From assembly GCA_965219685.1 (NCBI GenBank), contig CBDCOH010000002.1, positions 1,856,001 to 1,920,000 on the forward strand: 64,000 bases of DNA, written 5' to 3'. The notes beneath the pieces are model-generated. The model was not told the origin of the DNA. It made no database searches and was given only the letters and a program-made list of their open reading frames with translations. The stretch comes from Candidatus Spongiisociaceae bacterium. Its GTDB lineage: Bacteria; Actinomycetota; Acidimicrobiia; Spongiisociales; Spongiisociaceae. Shown here piece after piece: positions 56,641-64,000 of the stretch (position 1 is the stretch's first letter; each line of letters opens with the position of its first letter). A program made the position numbers and the translations under genes.

Positions 56641-58264
56641 GCGGAGACTGGACCCGGTCACGTACGAGTTGATCCACAGCCGACTCCGCCATGCAGCCCG
56701 TGAGATGGCGGTGATCCTGAAGCGTTCCAGCCACAGTCCGATCATCAGGGAGATGGAGGACTTCAGTTGCGCGATCTTCGCACCGGGAGGCGAGTCGGTG
56801 GCTCAGGACGAACGGATTCCCGCCCAACTGGGAGCGATGTCGTTGGCCGTCCAGACCTGCGTGGCGGAGTATCCGGATCCGGAGGACGTGCGGCCCGGAG
56901 ACGCCTTCCTCCTCAACCATCCGTACATGGGTTGCATGCATACACCCGACCTGAACCTCGTCATGCCGGTCTTCTCGGACGGCCTGGTAGTGGGGTGGGC
57001 CGGTTCGACCGCTCACCATGTCGATCTGGGCGGCCCCACCCCCGGCACCCTGGCGCCCCACCACCGCGAGCTGTTCGCGGAGGGTCTCATCTTCCCGCCC
57101 ATCAAGCTCTACCAGGAGGGCGAGGAGAACCGGGATCTCTTCAGGATGATCGCAGCCAATGTGAGAGAACCACGCGGACTCGTAGCCGACTTACGAGCCC
57201 AGCATGCCTCCTGCCTGACGGGGAAGATAGCGCTGCTACGCACGATGGAACGATACGGGCCGGACCACGTGCGCACCGCGTTCGACGAGATCCTCGACCG
57301 GACCGCCCGGCAGACCGCCGCCGCGCTGGCCGACCTGGATGACGGGGAGGCCGTCCGAACCGGTCACCTGGACGATGACGGCCTGGGGAGCGCTCCGGTT
57401 CCCATCCGCGTGCGTCTCTCCAAGTCCGGACAGAGCCTGAACGTGGACTTCACCGGGTCGTCCCCGCAGGTGGACGGAGCGCTGAACGTCCCGTGGGCGA
57501 GCACCCGAGCCTGCGTGGCCTATCTGATCCGCACCATGGTGGGCCTCGACATACCTTCCAACGACGGCTTGCTGGCCCCGGTCACCATCACCTGCCCACC
57601 CGGGACCATCCTCAATCCCCGGTTCCCTGCGGCGGTGTCCGTCAGGCACAACACCTGCCAAGTTGTCGCAGACACCCTGATCCGGGCCGCTTCCGACCTA
57701 TGGCCGGCCCGGGCGGTCGCAAGCAGCAGTGTCACCTTCTTCGGCCTGCAGATCGGGAGTAAGTCCCCCCAGACCGGCGAGACCGCGGTGCTGATGGAGG
57801 TGGTGGGCGGCGGGACGGGCGCGCATGACCACGGAGAGGGCATCGACGGGGTAGACACGTACATGTCCAACGTGGCCCTCCTTCCCGTGGAGGTGGCCGA
57901 GACCGAGTACTCCGTCCGCATACTCAAGAGCGAACTCGTCGAGGCCTCGTCGGGCGAGGGCCGGTTGCCCGGCGGCCTAGGAATCTGCCGTGAGTACCAG
58001 ATCCTCGACGTTCCCCAGATAGCCACGCTCTACTGCGAGCAGGCAGTCGACGAGCACCGGCCTCGGGGAGCGAGCGGGGGTGACGACGCCCGGCCGACCC
58101 GGGTCACCATTCTGGGACCTGACGGACGGGTCGTATCCAATGCCTCCAAGACTTCGACCTCCCTCGCGCCCGGGTCGGTGATCAGGGTGGAGACCAGTGG
58201 GGGTGGCGGCTACGGACCTTCCTCCACAGCGGGCACGACACCGGACATAGCCCGCTCCAGTTGA
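56633..58264 (+). CDS. Hydantoinase B / 5-oxoprolinase family subunit
   Basis: LDPVT, SPIIRE..DFS, NHPY..MHTPD, HHVDLGG, GGGGYG. Confidence 0.92.
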   Translation: MAKRRLDPVTYELIHSRLRHAAREMAVILKRSSHSPIIREMEDFSCAIFAPGGESVAQDERIPAQLGAMSLAVQTCVAEYPDPEDVRPGDAFLLNHPYMGCMHTPDLNLVMPVFSDGLVVGWAGSTAHHVDLGGPTPGTLAPHHRELFAEGLIFPPIKLYQEGEENRDLFRMIAANVREPRGLVADLRAQHASCLTGKIALLRTMERYGPDHVRTAFDEILDRTARQTAAALADLDDGEAVRTGHLDDDGLGSAPVPIRVRLSKSGQSLNVDFTGSSPQVDGALNVPWASTRACVAYLIRTMVGLDIPSNDGLLAPVTITCPPGTILNPRFPAAVSVRHNTCQVVADTLIRAASDLWPARAVASSSVTFFGLQIGSKSPQTGETAVLMEVVGGGTGAHDHGEGIDGVDTYMSNVALLPVEVAETEYSVRILKSELVEASSGEGRLPGGLGICREYQILDVPQIATLYCEQAVDEHRPRGASGGDDARPTRVTILGPDGRVVSNASKTSTSLAPGSVIRVETSGGGGYGPSSTAGTTPDIARSS

Positions 58265-59106
58265 GCGATGTGATCGCCGACCGACTCTATGCCGGGCATG
58301 TAGCTGGTGAAGAACGAGACATCGGTAGCCCCGATGGAGATCATCCGTTGCACGCTGGCAATGATCTGATCGGTGGTCTCCTCCGGTCCCAGGCCCACCG
58401 AGACGTGGAGCCGGAGGGTGTCCGCGGCCCGACCCGACTCGGCAGCGAGGCGCAGGATCTCCTTCCACGAGGCGTCGATCTGCTCAATCGTCTGCACCGG
58501 CCTCGACAGCCACCCCGCCGCGTGTTCCACCACCCGCCGGAACACCGGCGGGGTCGTCCCGCCGAACCACAGGGGTGGGTGGGGCCGGGTCACCGGCTTC
58601 GGTTCCATCCCCATCCCGTCCACCTCGTAGTAGTGCCCGTGGAAGTCGACCCGGTCCTGCGTCCAGAGCAGCTTCATCAACTCGATCCCCTCGTCCATCC
58701 GGCGACCCCGCTCGCTGAACGGAACCTCCAGCGCGTCGTATTCCTCCCGATGCCATCCGATCCCGATCCCCAGCTCGAGGCGCCCTCCGGAGAGGCTGTC
58801 GACGGCGGCGGCTTGCTTCGCCACCACCGCCGGGCCCCGCTGGGGCATGATCACCACCGCTGACCGCAGCGAGATCCGCCTCGTCACGCCTCCCAGGTAA
58901 CCGAGCGCAACCAGGATGTCGTGGTAGGGCGTTCGGGCCGGGTAGTGGGCCCGCGGCGTCCCGCCAGCCGCCGGGTAGGCCAGCAGAACGTGATCGATCA
59001 GGGTCAGGAAGTCGAAGCCGAGGTCTTCGGCGGCCTGCGAGACATCGCGCATGGCGGTGGGGTCGTCGATGAGGAGTGAGTTGACGGCTCCTATACCGTA
59101 TTTCAT
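58210..59106 (-). CDS. LLM-class F420-dependent oxidoreductase
   Basis: Start MKYGIG; IDHV, AKQAAAVDSLSGGRLELGIGIGW..EEY, PPLWFGG. Confidence 0.88.
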   Translation of the reverse strand: MKYGIGAVNSLLIDDPTAMRDVSQAAEDLGFDFLTLIDHVLLAYPAAGGTPRAHYPARTPYHDILVALGYLGGVTRRISLRSAVVIMPQRGPAVVAKQAAAVDSLSGGRLELGIGIGWHREEYDALEVPFSERGRRMDEGIELMKLLWTQDRVDFHGHYYEVDGMGMEPKPVTRPHPPLWFGGTTPPVFRRVVEHAAGWLSRPVQTIEQIDASWKEILRLAAESGRAADTLRLHVSVGLGPEETTDQIIASVQRMISIGATDVSFFTSYMPGIESVGDHIAQLERAMSGVVPAVEEGP

Positions 59107-59169
59107 GTCATGGGCTCCTTCACGATCCGAACATCCCGTACTCTTACCACATAGAGATGGAGGATCAGG

Positions 59170-60273
59170 ATGAGAACGAGAGCGGCGGTACTGCACGAGT
59201 TCAACACCCCGTTGGTCGTCGAGGAGGTCGAACTCGAAGGACCGAGAGCCAACGAAGTCCTAGTCGAGATGGTCTCCAGCGGAGTGTGCCACAGCGACCT
59301 GCACCTGGCGCAGGGCCACATCCCCGTCAACCTGCCGATCATCTGCGGCCACGAAGGCGCCGGTATCGTCGCCGCAGTCGGACCCGGCCCCGCCACCGTA
59401 CAGGTCGGGGATCGTGTAGTGCTCTCCTGGGTGTCGCCGTGCGGCAACTGCAACTACTGCGCCACGGGAAACCCGGCCCTGTGCATGACCGCCATCGGAC
59501 CGTCGTACGAGGGCCAACTCCACGACGGGACCAGCCGCTTCACGGACAGTAACGGCCAGACGATCAGCCATCACCTGATGCTGTCCACCTTCTCGCGCGA
59601 GGTGACCGTGCCCGCTTCGGCGGCGATCCCCGTTCCCGACGATGTTCCACTCGAGCCGCTAGCGGTGATCGGATGCGCCGTCTCGACCGGGATCGGAGCG
59701 GTGGTCAACACGGGCGAGGTGCAACTCGGCGACAGCGTCGCCGTCATCGGCTGCGGGGGCGTCGGGCTCAACGCCATCCAGGGAGCGCGGCTACGGGGCG
59801 CCGGAAAGATCGTCGGAGTCGACATCAGCGAGCACAAGCTCGAAGCCGCCCGACGCTTCGGCGCCACCCATACGGTGAACGCCTCCGAGGAGGAGACCGC
59901 CGAAGCTCTCATCGCTATGACAGGTGGGCTGGGAGTCGATCTCGCGGTGGAGGCGATCGGCCATCCAGAGACCGTGGCCACCGCGGTCCGCTCGCTTCGC
60001 CGGGGAGGCACCGCCGTGCAGGTGGGCATCGCACCGTACGGAACCGAGGTCTCCGTCGACATGGGCCTGCTGCTCGACGAGCGCAAACTCCTGGGTTGCT
60101 ACTACGGCTCCCTGCGGCCCGCCTTCGACATCCCCCGCTACGTGGAGTTGTACCGGGCCGGGAGGCTGCTGGTGGACGAACTGATCACCGCCGAGATCGA
60201 CCAGGAGGACATCAACGGCGCTCTCCACCAGTTCGAACTCGGAGAAGGAATCCGGAGCCTGGTCCGCTACTAG
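59170..60273 (+). CDS. Zn-dependent alcohol dehydrogenase (class III-like), copy 1
   Basis: GVCHSD, GHEGAG, CGNCNYC, GCAVSTG, GCGGVG. Confidence 0.92.
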   Translation: MRTRAAVLHEFNTPLVVEEVELEGPRANEVLVEMVSSGVCHSDLHLAQGHIPVNLPIICGHEGAGIVAAVGPGPATVQVGDRVVLSWVSPCGNCNYCATGNPALCMTAIGPSYEGQLHDGTSRFTDSNGQTISHHLMLSTFSREVTVPASAAIPVPDDVPLEPLAVIGCAVSTGIGAVVNTGEVQLGDSVAVIGCGGVGLNAIQGARLRGAGKIVGVDISEHKLEAARRFGATHTVNASEEETAEALIAMTGGLGVDLAVEAIGHPETVATAVRSLRRGGTAVQVGIAPYGTEVSVDMGLLLDERKLLGCYYGSLRPAFDIPRYVELYRAGRLLVDELITAEIDQEDINGALHQFELGEGIRSLVRY

Positions 60274-60413
60274 CGGGCCGGGTCGGCGAGCAGGACGTGA
60301 TCGATCAGGGTCAGGAAGTCGAAGCCGAGATCTTCCGCGGCCTGGCAGATGTCGCGCATGGCGTTGGAATCATCGATCAGGAGTGAGTTGACGGCTCCTA
60401 TACCGTATCTCAC
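60270..60413 (-). pseudogene. 5' remnant (47 aa) of a duplicated LLM oxidoreductase
   Basis: MRYGIGAVNSLLIDDSNAMRDICQAAEDLGFDFLTLIDHVLLA matches the N-terminus of 58210..59106, then stops. Confidence 0.85.
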
Positions 60414-60529
60414 TCAGGAATCCTCCCTCGCTATGCGACATCGCCTACGCTTGCGGGAGGCTACCCGGTGGTCCGCATGCAGCGGCGTGACGTGCGCCCC
60501 AGGCATCGCTCCGTGCAAGGAGGATCTGG

Positions 60530-61636
60530 ATGAGGACAAGAGCAGCGGTGCTGCGCGAGTTCAACACTCCGCTGGTCGTCGAAGAGGTCGAACTGGAAGA
60601 ACCCAAGGCCAACGAGGTGCTCGTCCGGATGGTGTCGAGCGGCGTGTGCCACAGCGATCTGCATCTGGTGCAGGGTCACATTCCCGTCAACCTGCCGCTC
60701 ATCTGCGGCCACGAGGGAGCCGGCATCGTGGCCGCCGTCGGACCCGGCGCCTCCACCGTCCAGGTCGGCGACCGGGTGGTCCTCTCCTGGGTTGCGCCGT
60801 GCGGCAGATGCAGGTACTGCGCCACGGGAAGCCCGGCGCTCTGCATGACCGCGATCGGACCCTCCTGGGAGGGGCGGTTGCAGGACTGGACCAGCCGGTT
60901 CACGGACACCAACGGCGAGACGATCAGCCACAGCATGATGTTGTCCACCTACTCCCGGGAGGTGACCGTGCCGGCTTCGGCGGCGATCCCGGTCCCGGAC
61001 GGTGTTCCCCTCGAGCCCCTCGCTGTGATCGGCTGCGCCGTCTCCACGGGGCTGGGGGCGGTCGTCAACACGGGCAACGTGCAACTCGGCGACAGCGTCG
61101 CCGTCATCGGCTGCGGGGGCATCGGACTCAACGCCATCCAGGGAGCGCGGCTGAGGGGCGCCGGGAAGATAATCGGAGTCGACATCGCCGAGCACAAGCT
61201 CGAAGCCGCCCGACGCTTCGGCGCCACCGATACCGTGAATGCCTCCGAGGTGGAGACGGCCGAGACCCTAATCGCCATGACCGGCGGACTCGGGGTGGAC
61301 CTGGCGGTGGAGGCGATCGGCTATCCCGAAACCGTGGCCACTGCCGTCCGTTCGCTTTGCCGGGGAGGCACGGCCGTGCAAGTTGGTGTCGCACCGTACG
61401 GGAGCGAACTCACCGTCGATATGGGCCTGCTGCTCGACGAGCGCAAACTCCTAGGCTGCTACTACGGCTCGCTACGGCCCGCCTTCGACATCCCCCGCTA
61501 TGTCGAGTTGTACAAGGCCGGCAAGCTCCTGCTGGACGAACTGATCACCGCCGAGATCGACCAGGAGGACATCAACGGCGCTCTCCACCAGTTTGAACTC
61601 GGACAAGGAATCCGGAGTCTGGTCCGCTACTCCTAG
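60530..61636 (+). CDS. Zn-dependent alcohol dehydrogenase (class III-like), copy 2
   Basis: Highly similar to 59170..60273 over its full length. Confidence 0.92.
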   Translation: MRTRAAVLREFNTPLVVEEVELEEPKANEVLVRMVSSGVCHSDLHLVQGHIPVNLPLICGHEGAGIVAAVGPGASTVQVGDRVVLSWVAPCGRCRYCATGSPALCMTAIGPSWEGRLQDWTSRFTDTNGETISHSMMLSTYSREVTVPASAAIPVPDGVPLEPLAVIGCAVSTGLGAVVNTGNVQLGDSVAVIGCGGIGLNAIQGARLRGAGKIIGVDIAEHKLEAARRFGATDTVNASEVETAETLIAMTGGLGVDLAVEAIGYPETVATAVRSLCRGGTAVQVGVAPYGSELTVDMGLLLDERKLLGCYYGSLRPAFDIPRYVELYKAGKLLLDELITAEIDQEDINGALHQFELGQGIRSLVRYS

Positions 61637-61713
61637 CCCCGACCCTTCATGTTCCCGGTACACCCGACGCACATGATGCCAAGGCCCCCATGAGGGTTGG
61701 CCGTAGCGACCGG

Positions 61714-64000
61714 ATGGCCTCCCTGATCGGCGCGCCGGTTGTCCGGCGGGAGGACCCTCGGCTGCTCACCGGATCGGGCGAGTACCTGGCCGATGTTCGC
61801 ATCCCGGGGACTCTCGAGGCAGCCTTCGTGAGATCGCCGCTCGCACATGCCGTGGTGCGTGGGCTCGATCCGCAGCGAGCCGTCGGTCTGGACGGTGTTC
61901 GAGCCGTGCTCACGGCGGCGACGCTCCCCGATCACGCTCCGCTGGTGGATGCCGTAGCCATCGAAGGGCTCGCCAAGACCCCTCAGCCGCCCCTTGCCGG
62001 GGAGCGGGTCCGCTACGTCGGAGAGCCGATCGCCCTCGTGGTGGCGGAGGACCGCTACGCCGCCGAGGACGGGGCAGAGTCCGTCTCCGTCGAATTCGAG
62101 GAACTACCCGCCGTCACCGATGCGCGCTCTGCGGCCTGCGCCGGGGCCCCGCAGCTGTACCCCGACCTCGGCTCGAACGTCGTCTTCAGGGAAGTGAAGG
62201 AGTTCGGAGACCCGGCGAAGGCGTTGGCATCGGCCCGCAAGGTGTATCGATCCGAGTTCCATGGAGGACGGGCGACCGCGGTGCCCATGGAGACGCGAGG
62301 CTGCCTGGCCTCCTACGACGCCGGCCGGGGGCGGCTGACCGTTTTCTCCTCGACCCAAGGCCATCACCTGTTGCGCCGCCGCCTGGCCGTCAGCACCGGC
62401 CTCCCCGAGTCGAGGGTGCGGGTGATCGTCCCCGACGTGGGAGGCGGGTTCGGCCAGAAGATCCCGGCTGCACCGGAAGAGGTGGCAGTGGCCCTCGCTT
62501 CGATGGCGCTGGAGAGGCCCGTGAGGTGGATTGAGGACCGGCGTGAGAACCTGGTCGCCGCCCCGCAGGCCAAAGAGCAGATCGTGTCGCTGCAGATGAG
62601 CGTCGACGAGGCAGGCCGATTCCGTGCCATACGGGCCAAGGTCACCGGGGATGCCGGCGCCTACTCTCACAACAGCGCCAGCGCACTCATCGAACCCTAT
62701 CTGTCGGCGCTGCTCCTGCCGAGCCTGTACAGGATCGAGCACTTCGAATGCGAGATATTGGCCGTCCTCACCAACAAGGCGCCCGCCTCCCCGTACCGGG
62801 GGGTGGGATGGACCGCCTCGCACACCGCCCGAGAGCTGCTCATAGACCACATAGCCAGGGAGGAAGCACGGGATCCGGCGGAGCTGCGGCGCCTGAACAT
62901 GATCCGGTCGGATGAGACACCCCACACCAACGTCACGGGCATGGTCTATGACAGTGGATCGTTCCGTGAGTCCTTGGACAAGGCCCTGGAGATGGCCAGC
63001 TACCAGTCGTTCCGCCGCAAGCAGGAAAGCGACACGCACCCGCGCCGCCGCGGGATCGGCATAAGCCCGTACGTGGAACCGAACGGATGGGGAAGCGACG
63101 GCGCGGCCCAGTCCCACTGGGTCTTCGCCTCCCACGATGCCGCCCGCGTCACGATGGACCCCGGCGGACACGTGACCGTGGCGGTCGGAACACCCTCCCA
63201 GGGCCAGGGCCACGAGACGACGCTGGCCCAACTCACGTCTGCCGCCCTCGGCATTGCTCCGGAGGCCGTAGAGATACGAAGCGACGACACCGACGCCACC
63301 CCGGTCAGCATCGCCGGCACACGTGCGTCGCGCACCGCCGTCGTGACGGGCGGAGCGGTGGTCCTCGCATCCGAGGACGTGCGGTCCAAGCTCCTGCGGT
63401 TGGCCGGTCACCTGCTGGAAGCGTCCGAGTGCGATCTCGACATCACCGACGGGATCGTGCACGTGACCGGTGACGAATCCACCCGGATCTCCGTGGCCGA
63501 TGTGGCTGCCGCCGCCCACTTCAACCCTGCCGTGCGCACCGCCGAACCGGAACCGCTGCTCACCTCGCAACGCTTCCACGATCCGGACGCCACCTATTCG
63601 AACGGCTGCGTGGTTGCGACGGTGGAACTCGATCTCGAGACCGGCGCAGTCGTGGTTGTTGACCTTGTGGCGGTCGAGGACTGCGGCCGGATGATCAACC
63701 CGCTGATCGTGGAGGGTCAGCTCCACGGGGCCGCGGCACAGGCCCTGGGATACGCTCTGCTGGAGACAGTGGCCTACAGCACCGACGGGCAGGTCCTGAC
63801 GAGCAGCCTCATGGACTATCTGATCCCCACGTGCGCCGAGGTGCCGACCATCCGGATAGGTCACATCGAGTCGCCCTCGCCCCACACGGTCTTGGGAGTG
63901 AAGGGAATGGGGGAATCAGGAATGATCGCAGTACCGGCGGCCATAGCCAATGCGGTGGCCGACGCCGTTCCCGGCCATCCGATGATCGACCGCCTCCCGA
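61714..64000 (+). CDS. Xanthine dehydrogenase/CoxL-like molybdopterin large subunit (runs off the window)
   Basis: Not in ORF track (no stop); translated by eye: MASLIGAPVVRREDPRLLTG, VGGGFGQK, PYRGVG, QGQGHET, NPLIVEGQ, KGMGESG. Confidence 0.88.
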   Translation, partial: MASLIGAPVVRREDPRLLTGSGEYLADVRIPGTLEAAFVRSPLAHAVVRGLDPQRAVGLDGVRAVLTAATLPDHAPLVDAVAIEGLAKTPQPPLAGERVRYVGEPIALVVAEDRYAAEDGAESVSVEFEELPAVTDARSAACAGAPQLYPDLGSNVVFREVKEFGDPAKALASARKVYRSEFHGGRATAVPMETRGCLASYDAGRGRLTVFSSTQGHHLLRRRLAVSTGLPESRVRVIVPDVGGGFGQKIPAAPEEVAVALASMALERPVRWIEDRRENLVAAPQAKEQIVSLQMSVDEAGRFRAIRAKVTGDAGAYSHNSASALIEPYLSALLLPSLYRIEHFECEILAVLTNKAPASPYRGVGWTASHTARELLIDHIAREEARDPAELRRLNMIRSDETPHTNVTGMVYDSGSFRESLDKALEMASYQSFRRKQESDTHPRRRGIGISPYVEPNGWGSDGAAQSHWVFASHDAARVTMDPGGHVTVAVGTPSQGQGHETTLAQLTSAALGIAPEAVEIRSDDTDATPVSIAGTRASRTAVVTGGAVVLASEDVRSKLLRLAGHLLEASECDLDITDGIVHVTGDESTRISVADVAAAAHFNPAVRTAEPEPLLTSQRFHDPDATYSNGCVVATVELDLETGAVVVVDLVAVEDCGRMINPLIVEGQLHGAAAQALGYALLETVAYSTDGQVLTSSLMDYLIPTCAEVPTIRIGHIESPSPHTVLGVKGMGESGMIAVPAAIANAVADAVPGHPMIDRLP

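Noticed and set aside
62104-63885. Long antisense ORFs (this one, also 4089..5645, 16687..17955, 29917..31479, 55450..56745)
   Set aside because: These are shadow frames of well-supported genes in high-GC DNA and carry no motifs.
61714-64000. CoxL-like gene as a true aerobic CO dehydrogenase
   Set aside because: The active-site loop reads PYRGVG, not the form I AYxCSFR; treated as a generic Mo-hydroxylase.

Overview
GC-rich, gene-dense bacterial window. The F420-type LLM oxidoreductases, a TTAAP-repeat lipoprotein and a leaderless-type promoter suggest an actinobacterium, possibly Acidimicrobiia; this is inference. Most of the window is one large catabolic region that appears aimed at N-heterocycles and amides. 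It holds nine amidohydrolase-superfamily genes, two Mo-hydroxylase large subunits, a NicX-like ring-cleavage protein, two TenA proteins, an NMT1/THI5-type ABC importer, hydantoinase/oxoprolinase A+B, an amidase, an MBL lactonase, a sulfatase, and a B12 acyl-CoA mutase/epimerase/carboxyltransferase/succinyl-CoA-synthetase-like module. Two accessory inserts interrupt it: a decayed AAA-DUF4143 + VapBC-like patch, and an intact AAA-DUF4143 + STAND/NACHT gene pair with a C-terminal PD-(D/E)XK-like domain behind a perfect 36-bp palindrome. Best leads: (1) deaminase-TenA pairs in which both TenAs carry Asn at the Asp44 position, suggesting an oxo-pyrimidine/oxythiamine-type pathway; (2) the NACHT-nuclease/AAA candidate defence system; (3) a 777-bp homogenised, A/C-skewed tract shared by two amidohydrolases with divergent N-termini; (4) a dispersed ~260-350 bp non-coding element family starting GCTAGAYGATTAG; (5) a mutase with a hybrid Phe/Arg specificity signature. 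No rRNA, tRNA, CRISPR array, transposase or dedicated transcription regulator was recognised. All functional calls come from motif recognition, not database searches.
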